Positions 51,594 through 61,254 of a stretch of DNA of 64,000 bases are shown here, piece after piece; position 1 is the stretch's first letter, and every line of letters starts with the position of its first letter. The notes beneath the pieces are model-generated. The model worked only from the letters and a program-made list of their open reading frames with translations, was not told the DNA's origin and ran no database searches. The DNA is taken from the NCBI GenBank assembly GCA_963555825.3, contig CAUVXB020000002.1, positions 192,001 to 256,000 of the forward strand, written 5' to 3'. The stretch is from Alphaproteobacteria bacterium. GTDB taxonomy: Bacteria > Pseudomonadota > Alphaproteobacteria > JAAXGF01. The translations under genes and the position numbers were made by a program.

Positions 51594-52520
51594 ATGAAAT
51601 TCCGCTACGATCGCGTCGCGGTGACCGGCGGCAGCGGACGCCTCGGGCGTTATGTGGTCGCCGAGCTGGCCGCATACTGCGACGTTACCGTTGTCGACCT
51701 CGCGCCGCCCGGTGGCGACGACGCCTATGCCGCCGCCGACGTGCTCGACCTCGACGCGGGGCGCGGTGCGCTCGCGGGGCACCAGGCGGTGGTCCATCTG
51801 GCGGCGATCGACGCCGCCATCGAGGCGCCCGAGGAGGCGTTCTTCCGGACCAACGTCCAGGGCACCTGGAACGTGCTGCAGGCGGCCGAGGAGGCCGGCG
51901 CGCGCAAGGTCATCGTCTGTTCGTCGAGCTCGGCGGTCGGCCTCGGCCGCGACCATCCACCACAGTACCTGCCGATCGACGAAGATCATCCGATGGCGCC
52001 GACCGACGCCTACGGCATGAGCAAGCAGGTCTGCGAGACGATTGCCGCCGGCTTCGCGCGGCGCGGCGCGCTCGACGTGCTCTGCATCCGGCCCTGCCTG
52101 GTCGCCTTCCCCGGTTTCATCCACGACATGGCGACGCGGCTGGCGGCGGCCGACGGCGGCGCGGCGCCGCCCGTGCCGGCGCCCGAATGGTCGCGCGAGA
52201 CGCTGCCCGACCCGCTGCCGATGACGCGTTCATTCGTCAGCCCGATCGATGTCGCGCGTTGCTTCCGCCATGCGCTGGCCGCCGATGACGCACCGTTCGG
52301 CGTCTTCTACGCGGTCGCCGCGGACAGTTGCAGCACGCTGCCGACGGTCGAGGTGGTGAGCCGCGAATTCGGCAACGCCCCCGAGGTCCGGGGCGCCTAT
52401 GTCGCCGAGCCGCAAGCCGGCGCCTACAGCATCGGTCGCGCCCGCGAGGCACTCGGCTGGCAACCGCGCGACCACTGGACGGACTACGTTCGACGTGTCC
52501 TCGCCGGCGACGCCCCTTAA
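51594..52520 (+). CDS. NAD-dependent epimerase/dehydratase
   Basis: 'TGGSGRLG', 'VHLAA', 'YGMSK'. Confidence 0.9.
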   Translation: MKFRYDRVAVTGGSGRLGRYVVAELAAYCDVTVVDLAPPGGDDAYAAADVLDLDAGRGALAGHQAVVHLAAIDAAIEAPEEAFFRTNVQGTWNVLQAAEEAGARKVIVCSSSSAVGLGRDHPPQYLPIDEDHPMAPTDAYGMSKQVCETIAAGFARRGALDVLCIRPCLVAFPGFIHDMATRLAAADGGAAPPVPAPEWSRETLPDPLPMTRSFVSPIDVARCFRHALAADDAPFGVFYAVAADSCSTLPTVEVVSREFGNAPEVRGAYVAEPQAGAYSIGRAREALGWQPRDHWTDYVRRVLAGDAP

Positions 52521-52612
52521 ACGTAAGCCGTCCCTTAAAAGTAAGCAGTATACATTTACGGCACGGACATGGTGCCGACATTGTCTAATTAATGTATACT
52601 GCTTACGTTTAA
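52517..52612. repeat. AT-rich palindromic mini-element with TTAA ends
   Basis: TTAAAAGTAAGCAGTATACATT...AATGTATACTGCTTACGTTTAA plus an extra TTAAACGTAAGC end. Confidence 0.75.
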
Positions 52613-53541
52613 ATTTGGCCGTCGGCGTGGAGAGTCAGGGCGGCGGTGACGAAGGCGTTGGCGGGTGTCGGGACGCCCAGATCGGATCCTAAGCGGACGA
52701 CGGCGCCCGACAGCCAGTCGAGCTCGAGCCGGTTGCCGCGCTTGAGGTCGCCGGCCATCGACGAGGTCATCTCGGCCGGCAGCGTGTCGGAAAAGGTGAG
52801 CCTCTTGGCGACCAGGTCGTCGTCGAGCGCGACGCCCTTGGCGCGCCCGACCGCCCAGGTCTCGGCCATGACCTCGGCGAGCAGACCGCGCGTTTCGGGG
52901 TCGTCACGCACCGGCCCGATCGGCTGGCGCGTGAGGCTGGTCAGCGCGCTCAGGCCGACCAGGAAAATGAATTTCTCCCAAATGCGCCGCTCGATGTCGC
53001 CTGACAGCCTGGCGTCGACGCCAGCCGCGGCAAGCGCCGCGATCAGCGCCTCGGCGCGCGGACTCTCGCGGCCGTCCAGCGCGCCGGCGATGACCGTCGC
53101 CATGGTGCCGGTGTGGCGGATGACGCCCGGCCGCTCGATCACCGCGGCGATCTGGCCGATGCCGCCGAGAACGTGTCCGCCACCCACAATTGCGGCGAGC
53201 CGGTGTGCGGCGTCGATGCCGTTCTGCAGCGAGACGACGGCCGTCTCGGGCCCGACCAGCGGCGCTGCGGCGCGCGCCGCCGCCTCGGTGTCCCACAGCT
53301 TGACGGTGACCAACACGACATCGACCGGGCCGATCGTCGCCGGGTCGTCGGTCGCCGTCGCCGGCTGGATATGGGCGTCGCCCAGCGCGCTCTCGATGTG
53401 CAGCCCGGTCTCGCGGATCGCCGCCAGATGCGCGCCGCGCGCGATGAAGGCGACGTCGTAGCCGGCGGCGGCGAGGCGGCCGCCGAAATAGCCGCCCACG
53501 CTACCGGCGCCCACGACACCGAATGTTGGTTTGCCGGTCAT
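52609..53541 (-). CDS. panE: 2-dehydropantoate 2-reductase family
   Basis: 'GAGSVGGYFG', 'VKLWD', 'LQNGI', 'WEKF', 'SSMAGD...LELD'. Confidence 0.88.
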   Translation of the reverse strand: MTGKPTFGVVGAGSVGGYFGGRLAAAGYDVAFIARGAHLAAIRETGLHIESALGDAHIQPATATDDPATIGPVDVVLVTVKLWDTEAAARAAAPLVGPETAVVSLQNGIDAAHRLAAIVGGGHVLGGIGQIAAVIERPGVIRHTGTMATVIAGALDGRESPRAEALIAALAAAGVDARLSGDIERRIWEKFIFLVGLSALTSLTRQPIGPVRDDPETRGLLAEVMAETWAVGRAKGVALDDDLVAKRLTFSDTLPAEMTSSMAGDLKRGNRLELDWLSGAVVRLGSDLGVPTPANAFVTAALTLHADGQI

Positions 53542-54308
53542 TTCAGATATCCGATGACGGTTTCGGCGATGGCGTCGGGCCGTTCGGGCAACAGCGCGTG
53601 CGAGGCGCCGGCCAGCTCGACCAGCGTGACGCGCTCGCCGAGCTCGCCCTTGAGCATGCGGCCGTTGGCGGGCAGCGCCATGCGGTCCTCGAGACCCTGG
53701 ATGACCAGCAGCGGCGCCGAGCCGGCGTGCCACCACGCCTCGACCGGCGTCGCGCCGTCGGCGACGGCCTGCAGCGCCGCCGCCTTGGGCGACCAGCCAT
53801 CGAGCCAAACGCCGGCGTCGTTACCGGCGGCGAAGAAGACCATGGCGATGGCGGCGCGCCGGTCGGCCTCGGGCGCGTCGAGCCGGAAGCAGACGTCGAA
53901 GGCGGCCGCCACGTCGTCGGGCACCGGCGCCATGCCGCCGGCGGCGAGCAGCACGACGCGGCGCACCAGATCGGGGCGCATCGTCGCCAGCATGCGCGCG
54001 ACGCGGTTGCCATAGGCGTGGCCGATGACGTCGGCCGGGCCGCCGCCGAGCCGATCGATAACCGCCGCCGCGTCGCCGGCGAGCACGGCCAAGGTGATGT
54101 TCTCGTTGGAGCCGCGGCTCGCGCCGATGCCGCGCGGCTCGGGCATGACCACGCGGCGGCCGGCCTCCACCAGCCGTTCGGCGAGATCGGCGAAGTCGGC
54201 GACACTCCGGCCCTGCGACGGAATGACCAGCACCGTCGGCCCTTCGCCGCGCACGGTGACGCCGATGCGCGCATCGCTGGTGACCACTTCGTGGCGCTCG
54301 GCGTTCAC
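53538..54308 (-). CDS. Alpha/beta hydrolase fold protein
   Basis: 'GEGPTVLVIP', 'PRGIGAS', 'IGHAYGNRV', 'QGLEDRM', 'ASHALL'. Confidence 0.85.
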   Translation of the reverse strand: MNAERHEVVTSDARIGVTVRGEGPTVLVIPSQGRSVADFADLAERLVEAGRRVVMPEPRGIGASRGSNENITLAVLAGDAAAVIDRLGGGPADVIGHAYGNRVARMLATMRPDLVRRVVLLAAGGMAPVPDDVAAAFDVCFRLDAPEADRRAAIAMVFFAAGNDAGVWLDGWSPKAAALQAVADGATPVEAWWHAGSAPLLVIQGLEDRMALPANGRMLKGELGERVTLVELAGASHALLPERPDAIAETVIGYLK

Positions 54309-56608
54309 TGTCCGGCTGCGCGCATAACTCGCCATAGGTATTCGGGCGTCAACGGCATGTCGACCTGGGTCACGCCCAAGGATGCGAGCGCATCGATCAC
54401 GGCGTTGACAATTGCCGGCGGGCCGCCGATACAGCCGGCCTCGCCACAGCCCTTGGTGCCGAGCGGGTTGGCCGTGCACGGCGTGACGTTGCGCGCCGCG
54501 TCGAAGGCCGGCAGGTCGTCGGCGCGCGGCAGGCAGTAGTCCATCAACGAGCCCGACAGCAACTGCCCAGAACCGGCGTCGTAGACGCTGCGCTCGAAGA
54601 CCGCCTGGCCGAGGCCCTGGGCGAGCGCGCCGTGCAGCTGGCCGTCGACGATCAGCGGGTTGACGACCAAGCCGAAATCGTCGACCGCGGTATAGGCGAC
54701 GATGTCGAGCACACCGGTCTCGCGGTCGATCTCGACCTCGGCGATGTAGCAGCCGTTGGGAAACGTCTGCGCCTCGGCGTAGAAACGGAAGCGGCCCTCG
54801 ATGCCGGCCGCGGCGCCGGCGGCGACCTCGGCGAGCCCAATCGCGCGGTCGGTGCCGGCGACCGTGAACCGGCCGTCGGCAAAGGTCAGATCGCGCGCCG
54901 ACACCTCGAGCCGATCGGCGGCGAGCCCGGCCACCTTGTCGATCACGATGTCGGCCGCACCGCCGATCGCGCTGCCGGCGTGCGCCAGCGAGCGCGAAGC
55001 GACCGTGCCTTCGCCGTAGGCGATGGCGTCGGTATCGCCCTGCACCAGCCAAATATCGTCGAACGGCAGGCCGAGGCGCTCGGCGACGAGCTGCACGAAG
55101 GCGGTCTCGTGGCCCTGGCCGGTCGATTGCGAGCCGACCGCGACGCTGACCGCGCCACCGGGATCGAGACGGATCGTCGCCTCCTCGGCCGCGCCGCCGC
55201 CGCAGCGCTCGATATAGGTCGCCATGCCGAGGCCACGCAGTTTGCCGCGCACGGCGGCGCTGGCGCGGCGTTTCTCGAATGCCGGCCAATCGACGCGCGC
55301 CATGGCGTCATCCATGTTGCGCGCGAAATCGCCGTTGTCGTAGACCAGTCCCAGCGCCGTCGCATAGGGCATCGCCGCCGGCGCTATGAAGTTGCGCCGC
55401 CGGATGTCGTCCGGCGCGATGCCGATCTCGCGCGCGGCGGTCTCGATCAGGCGCTCGATGACATAGGCCGCCTCGGGCCGCCCCGCGCCGCGATAGGCGT
55501 CGGTCGGCACGGTGTTGGTGAAGACCGTCGTATACGCGGCCGACGCCGCCGGAATGTCATAGACGCCGCTCAACATCGACGCGCTCAGGATGGTCGAGAT
55601 GAAGGCGCCGTGCGGCGACAGATAGGCGCCGAGGTTGACCGTCGTCGCGACTCGCAGGCCGAGGATGCGGTGCTCGGCGTCGAGCGCGAGCTCGGCGTGG
55701 GTCGCGTGGTCGCGCGCCTGGCTATCGCTGACGAAGCTTTCGCTGCGTTCGCCGATCCAGCGCACCGGCCGGCCGACCCGCCTGGCCGCCCACAGGACCA
55801 ACGCCTGTTCGGCGTAGAGGAACGCCTTCATGCCGAAACCGCCACCGACGTCGGGCGTGACCACGCGCAACATTTTGGGGGGCATCTTGAGAACGTGGCC
55901 AGCGATGGCGTCGCGCAGCCCGTGGACGCCCTGGGTCCCGCTGGTCAGCGTATAGCGCCCCGTCGCCGCGTCGAAGTCGCCGATCGCGTTGCGCGGCTCC
56001 ATCGAGGCGACGACGACGCGATTGTTGACCAGTTCGAGCGAAACCACCCGCGTGGCGCGCGCGAAAGCGGCGTCCGTGGCCGCCGCGTCGCCCAGCCGGT
56101 AAACGGTGCAGACGTTGCCCGGCGCCTCGTCCCGGATCTGCGGCTGGCCGGCTTTCGCCGCTGTCCGGGTGCCGGTAACGACCGCGAGCGGCGCGTACTC
56201 GACGGCGATGAGCTCGGCGGCGTCCTTGGCCTGGGCGAGGCTCTCGGCGACCACCAAGGCGACCGGCTCGCCGACGTGGCGCACCCGGCCCGCCGCCAGC
56301 AGCGGCCGGGGCGGCGTCGCCATCGGTGCGCCGTCCCAGTTGGGCACATCGTCCAGGCTGGGTAGTGTGCCAAGCCCGTCGGCGGCGACATCGGCGGCGG
56401 TCAAGACGGCGAGCACGCCGGGCGCCGCCGCCGCAGCCGCAGCCGCGGTGTCGATCGAGGCGATCTCGGCATGGGCGTGCGGCGATCGCAGCACGAAGCC
56501 ATATGCCTGGTTCGCCATGGCGATGTCGTCGGTATAGCGACCCTGGCCGGTCAGAAACCGGTCGTCCTCGCGCCGGCGCAGCGCCTGACCGATGCCGAAT
56601 TTCTCCAT
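54305..56608 (-). CDS. Xanthine dehydrogenase family molybdopterin-binding subunit (CoxL-like)
   Basis: 'RREDDRFLTGQGRY', 'DVGGGFGMK', 'AYRGAGRPEA', 'GQGHET', 'KGCGEAG'. Confidence 0.92.
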   Translation of the reverse strand: MEKFGIGQALRRREDDRFLTGQGRYTDDIAMANQAYGFVLRSPHAHAEIASIDTAAAAAAAAPGVLAVLTAADVAADGLGTLPSLDDVPNWDGAPMATPPRPLLAAGRVRHVGEPVALVVAESLAQAKDAAELIAVEYAPLAVVTGTRTAAKAGQPQIRDEAPGNVCTVYRLGDAAATDAAFARATRVVSLELVNNRVVVASMEPRNAIGDFDAATGRYTLTSGTQGVHGLRDAIAGHVLKMPPKMLRVVTPDVGGGFGMKAFLYAEQALVLWAARRVGRPVRWIGERSESFVSDSQARDHATHAELALDAEHRILGLRVATTVNLGAYLSPHGAFISTILSASMLSGVYDIPAASAAYTTVFTNTVPTDAYRGAGRPEAAYVIERLIETAAREIGIAPDDIRRRNFIAPAAMPYATALGLVYDNGDFARNMDDAMARVDWPAFEKRRASAAVRGKLRGLGMATYIERCGGGAAEEATIRLDPGGAVSVAVGSQSTGQGHETAFVQLVAERLGLPFDDIWLVQGDTDAIAYGEGTVASRSLAHAGSAIGGAADIVIDKVAGLAADRLEVSARDLTFADGRFTVAGTDRAIGLAEVAAGAAAGIEGRFRFYAEAQTFPNGCYIAEVEIDRETGVLDIVAYTAVDDFGLVVNPLIVDGQLHGALAQGLGQAVFERSVYDAGSGQLLSGSLMDYCLPRADDLPAFDAARNVTPCTANPLGTKGCGEAGCIGGPPAIVNAVIDALASLGVTQVDMPLTPEYLWRVMRAAGQ

Positions 56609-56801
56609 GACCGTGCATCTCCCCCGCCCTCGCCGGTCCGGCGTGACTTCGACAATCCGGGGCGGCGTCATGAAACTTGCGCGGTGGCGACGCGATTCGC
56701 AAGGTCGGCGTCGCCGGCGAGGCGCGATTTGTTCGTGTCATTCGGCCGCGATGTATGGTTCCCTTGTGGCAACGCACAGAGCCGGGATTACCGACGGCAA
56801 C

Positions 56802-59588
56802 ATGAGCGACGACGCTAAACGTCCTGAACGCATTTCGCTGGGCCGCTACTACAACGCCGCCCAGCTACGCGCCGACAGCTGGAACCGGCTCAAGGTGCTC
56901 GCCCAGCGCCGTGCGGAGAAGCGCTCTGCGGGTGTCGACACCGCCGGTCTGCATCACGAGTTCGCACAGGCGCTCGACACCCTCGAGCCGATCGAGAGCT
57001 ATTGGGCGTTCCCCTCGAAGCAGGCCTTCGAGCATATCCGCATGTTGTTCGAACAGGGCGATGACAGCCGACTGGCGCGGCTGGTCGCGCGCATCGTGCG
57101 GGCCCTGGTCAGCCAGTCCTACCGGCGCGGCATGATCTCGATGGATTTCTATCACGACGCCGAGGACGAGGAGAACGACGATGCGATCCTCGAATCCTTC
57201 GCCGAGGCCGATGCCGCGCCGGACCGTCCCTATTTCGAGGTGCTCGTCGTCGACAACATCTCGGCGCACGACGAACGCACCCTGCGGTCGGGGCTGCGCG
57301 CCATGCGCCGGCCCGAGGACAGTTTCGTTTACGACGTGGTCGTCGTGCCGAGCTTCGAGGACGCCCTGATCGCGGTGCTGTTCAACCACAACCTACAGGC
57401 CGCCGTCATCCGCTACGGCTTTCCCTTCGCCTCGCGCCACAATCTCGATGTTCTGCACCGCTATCTCGAGGCCGTCGACGAGCGCGCGCTCGAGGGCCGG
57501 CCGGATGCCGACCACGGTCCCCTGCTCGGCCGCGTGATCGGCGAACTCAGACCCGAACTCGACTGCTATCTGGTGACCGATTCGGCGGTCGAGGACGTCG
57601 CCGGCGAGATCGCCCAGCACTTCCAGCGCATCTTCTACCGCCAGGAGGACTATCTCGAGCTGCATCTCAGCATTCTGCGCGGCATCGAACACCGCTACGA
57701 AACGCCGTTCTTCACCGCGCTGCGCGAGTACGCCAAGCAGCCGACCGGCGTGTTCCACGCCATGCCGATCTCGCGCGGCAAGTCGGTCACCAAGTCCCAT
57801 TGGATCCAGGACATGGCGCGTTTTTACGGCATGAACATGTTCCTGGCCGAGACCTCGGCGACCTCGGGCGGCCTCGATTCACTGCTGCAACCGCTCGGGC
57901 CGATCAAGAAGGCCCAACAGCTCGCGGCCCGCGCTTTCGGCGCGCGCCATACCTTCTTCGTCACCAACGGCACCTCGACCGCCAACAAGGTGGTCATGCA
58001 GGCGCTCGTCACGCCGGGCGATATCGTCTTGGTCGACCGCGACTGCCACAAGTCGCTGCACTACGGCATGGTGCTGGGCGGCGGCTATGTCGATTATCTC
58101 GACGCCTATCCGCTACACGACTACTCGATGTACGGCGCCGTGCCGCTGCGCCAGATCAAGGCTCGCCTGCTGGCCTACAAACGCGCCGGCAAGCTCGACC
58201 GGGTCAAGCTTCTGGTGCTGACCAACTGCACCTTCGACGGGCTGATCTACAACGTCGAGCGGGTCATGGAGGAGTGCCTGGCAATCAAGCCCAACCTGGT
58301 GTTCCACTGGGACGAGGCGTGGTTCGCCTTCGCCAGTTTCGTGCCCGCCTACCGCCAGCGCACCGCCATGTACGTCGCCAACAGGCTGCGCCGGCGCTTT
58401 GCCGGCGAACGCTACCGCGCAGAATACGCGGCCTGGCGCGAAGACTTCGACAAGCTCGATGGCGACGCCGACGAGACCTGGCTCGACACGCGGCTGATGC
58501 CCGACCCCGATGTGGCGCGGGTGCGTGTCTATGCCACCCATTCGACGCACAAGACGCTGACCTCGCTGCGCCAGGGCTCGATGATTCACGTCAACGACCA
58601 GGACTACCGCGCCAAGGTCGAGGAGGCCTTCCACGAGGCCTATATGACACACACCTCGACCTCGCCGAACTACCAGATCCTCGCCTCGCTCGACATCGGC
58701 CGGCGTCAGGTCGAGCTCGAGGGCTTCGAGCTGGTGCAGAAGCAGATCGAGCTGGCCATGGTGCTGCGCGAACGCATCAAGACACACCCGCTGCTGTCGA
58801 AATATTTCCATTTCCTGACCATGGACCACCTGATCCCGGCCGAATACCGGCCGTCGGGCATCCAGGTCTACTACGACCCCGAGCGCGGCTGGTCGCGCAT
58901 GGAGGAGGCCTGGGGCTCCGACGAGTTCGCACTCGACCCGTCACGGCTGACGCTGTTCGTCGGCAAGACGGGGACCGACGGCGATACCTTCAAGAACCGC
59001 GTGCTGATGGACCGCTACGGCATCCAGATCAACAAGACGTCGCGCAACACGGTGCTGTTCATGACCAACATCGGCACGACGCGCAGCTCGGTCGCCTACC
59101 TCATCGAGGTGCTCGTCAAGATCGCCGAGGAACTCGACGAGGAGTACGCCGAATCGAGCCCGATCGAACGGCGGCTGCACGACAAGCGCGTTGTGTCGTT
59201 GTGCGTGGACCTGCCGCCGCTGCCCGACTTCAGCCATTTTCACGATGCTTTCCGGCCCGACCCCGACGGCGACACGCCCGAGGGCGACATGCGCACCGCC
59301 TATTTCAAGGCCTACGACGACGCGCAGTGCCGCTATCTCGACATCGACGAGATCGGCCGCGCGATCGAGGGCGGCGAGGCGGTCGTCTCGGCGATGTTCG
59401 TCATCCCCTATCCGCCGGGATTCCCGATCCTGGTGCCGGGACAGGTGGTCAGCCGCGCGATCCTCGACTATATGGGCGCACTCGACGTCAAGGAGATCCA
59501 CGGCTACCGCCCCGAGCTCGGCATGCGCGTCTTCACCGAAGAGGCGCTGGAGACGGCGAGCGGCGAAACCAAACGGGCAGCGGAGTAG
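56802..59588 (+). CDS. Large Orn/Lys/Arg-type PLP-dependent decarboxylase
   Basis: 'VTNGTSTANK', 'DRDCHKS', 'NCTFDG', 'WDEAW', PLP Lys 'HSTHKTL', 'PYPPGFP'. Confidence 0.9.
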   Translation: MSDDAKRPERISLGRYYNAAQLRADSWNRLKVLAQRRAEKRSAGVDTAGLHHEFAQALDTLEPIESYWAFPSKQAFEHIRMLFEQGDDSRLARLVARIVRALVSQSYRRGMISMDFYHDAEDEENDDAILESFAEADAAPDRPYFEVLVVDNISAHDERTLRSGLRAMRRPEDSFVYDVVVVPSFEDALIAVLFNHNLQAAVIRYGFPFASRHNLDVLHRYLEAVDERALEGRPDADHGPLLGRVIGELRPELDCYLVTDSAVEDVAGEIAQHFQRIFYRQEDYLELHLSILRGIEHRYETPFFTALREYAKQPTGVFHAMPISRGKSVTKSHWIQDMARFYGMNMFLAETSATSGGLDSLLQPLGPIKKAQQLAARAFGARHTFFVTNGTSTANKVVMQALVTPGDIVLVDRDCHKSLHYGMVLGGGYVDYLDAYPLHDYSMYGAVPLRQIKARLLAYKRAGKLDRVKLLVLTNCTFDGLIYNVERVMEECLAIKPNLVFHWDEAWFAFASFVPAYRQRTAMYVANRLRRRFAGERYRAEYAAWREDFDKLDGDADETWLDTRLMPDPDVARVRVYATHSTHKTLTSLRQGSMIHVNDQDYRAKVEEAFHEAYMTHTSTSPNYQILASLDIGRRQVELEGFELVQKQIELAMVLRERIKTHPLLSKYFHFLTMDHLIPAEYRPSGIQVYYDPERGWSRMEEAWGSDEFALDPSRLTLFVGKTGTDGDTFKNRVLMDRYGIQINKTSRNTVLFMTNIGTTRSSVAYLIEVLVKIAEELDEEYAESSPIERRLHDKRVVSLCVDLPPLPDFSHFHDAFRPDPDGDTPEGDMRTAYFKAYDDAQCRYLDIDEIGRAIEGGEAVVSAMFVIPYPPGFPILVPGQVVSRAILDYMGALDVKEIHGYRPELGMRVFTEEALETASGETKRAAE

Positions 59589-59613
59589 TCCGTCGCGGCA
59601 AAGCTAAAATGAG

Positions 59614-59731
59614 GAACCACAGACACATAGAGGCACAGAGGTGAGGCCGCGTAGAGACGGGTTATTGTAAGGGCGGGTTTCAAACCCGTCCCTACGATAG
59701 TTTTCTCTGTGTCTCCGTGTCTCTGTGGTTC
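59614..59731. repeat. GAACCACAGA...TCTGTGGTTC inverted element enclosing a GTAG-type REP
   Basis: Ends match the carA-carB element; REP at 59667-59695. Confidence 0.8.
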
Positions 59732-59784
59732 TATAAACCCGAGGCGTCGCGAAGGTACAAGCGACCGGGGATAGGGAGGCAGCC

Positions 59785-61254
59785 ATGGCGCGCAGCGCGC
59801 AGAAGAAGAAACTCAACGGCATCTCGGAGATCCGGCGGTTCTTTCACCGCAACGAGTCGCCGATCTACTTCATCAGCGCGACCAATTTCAACCTGCTCGG
59901 GATCGATGAGTGGGTTAAAAATTTCAAATATATCAATTATTTAGACTGCTTCGACGGGCGCCATCCCAACGTCCTCGTGCCGAGCACCGACGACCACCCC
60001 GAGTTCGAGAGTATCGAGGACATCAACAACTACATGCTGCAGCACAAGGAGGTGCACGACTTCGTCAAGGGCCGCGGCAAGCGCCCCAAGGCGGTTTTCC
60101 TGATGTTCGACCGCGACACCGAACGGCTGGCGCGCGAGCTTGGCATGCAAGTCTGGTTCCCCAAGGCGCGGCTGCGCACCAAGGTCGACAACAAGATCGA
60201 GACCGTGCGTATCGGCGAGAAGGCCGGCGTGCCGAGCGTGCCCAACGTGCTGACCAAGGTCTCGAGTTATGACGCGTTGCGCAGGGCAAGCAAGGGGCTG
60301 GGCGAGGCGCTGGTGGTGCAGACCGCGTTCGGCGATTCGGGCCACACCACCTTCTTCATCTCGAACGAGGCCGACTGGCGGCGCCACGCCGACGAAATCG
60401 TCGGCCACGGCGAGGTCAAGATCATGAAGCGCATCAACTGCCTCGGCTCGACCATCGAGGCCTGCACCACCAAGGCGGGCACGATCGTCGGCCCGCTGCT
60501 TACCGAGCTGGTCGGCTTTCCCGCGCTGACGCCCTACAAGGGCGGCTGGTGCGGCAACGAGATCTTCCCCGAGGCGTTCACCCCCGAGATCCGCGCCGAC
60601 GCGCGCGACTTGACCTTCCGCTTCGGCGAGCAGCTTCGTCAGGAGGGCTATCGCGGTTATTTCGACCTCGATTTCCTGATCGACACCGAGACCGGCGAGC
60701 TGTGGCTGGGCGAGCTCAACCCGCGCATCACGGGCGCCAGCTCGATGACCAACCACGCCGCCTTCGCGCACGCCGACGCGCCCTTGTTCCTGTTTCACCT
60801 GCTGGAATTCTCGGGCGTCGACTTCGACTTCGACGTCGATGCGCTCAACGACCGCTGGGCCGACCCGGCCAATATCGACAGCTGGAGCCAGATGGTCATC
60901 AAGCATACCGAGGACACGGTCGACATCCTGACGGCGGCGCCCGAAAGCGGCATCTGGCGGCTCGGCGACGATGGCGGCATCGAATACGCGCGCTTCGACT
61001 ACCACCGCCGCGCCGTCGAGAACGAGCAGGAGGCCTTCTTCCTGCGTATCTCGGGCGCCGGCGACTACCGCTACGAGGGCGCCGATCTCGGCATCCTGAT
61101 CACGCGCGGCCGGCTGATGACCAAGACCCACCGCCTGAACGCCCGCGCCAAGCGCTGGATCGCGGGCATCAAGGGCCGCTTCACCGGCCAGCCGCTGGGC
61201 CGCACGCCGATGCCCGCCGCGGCCACCGAGCAGCCGGTCTTCAAGATCCTGTGA
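59785..61254 (+). CDS. ATP-grasp fold ligase (biotin carboxylase-like)
   Basis: 'VDNKIET', 'QTAFGDSGHTT', 'YRGYFDLDFL', 'GELNPRITG'. Confidence 0.82.
   Translation: MARSAQKKKLNGISEIRRFFHRNESPIYFISATNFNLLGIDEWVKNFKYINYLDCFDGRHPNVLVPSTDDHPEFESIEDINNYMLQHKEVHDFVKGRGKRPKAVFLMFDRDTERLARELGMQVWFPKARLRTKVDNKIETVRIGEKAGVPSVPNVLTKVSSYDALRRASKGLGEALVVQTAFGDSGHTTFFISNEADWRRHADEIVGHGEVKIMKRINCLGSTIEACTTKAGTIVGPLLTELVGFPALTPYKGGWCGNEIFPEAFTPEIRADARDLTFRFGEQLRQEGYRGYFDLDFLIDTETGELWLGELNPRITGASSMTNHAAFAHADAPLFLFHLLEFSGVDFDFDVDALNDRWADPANIDSWSQMVIKHTEDTVDILTAAPESGIWRLGDDGGIEYARFDYHRRAVENEQEAFFLRISGAGDYRYEGADLGILITRGRLMTKTHRLNARAKRWIAGIKGRFTGQPLGRTPMPAAATEQPVFKIL

Noticed and set aside
54305-56608. Aerobic CO dehydrogenase
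   Set aside because: Lacks the form I AYxCSFR motif and the coxM/coxS neighbours
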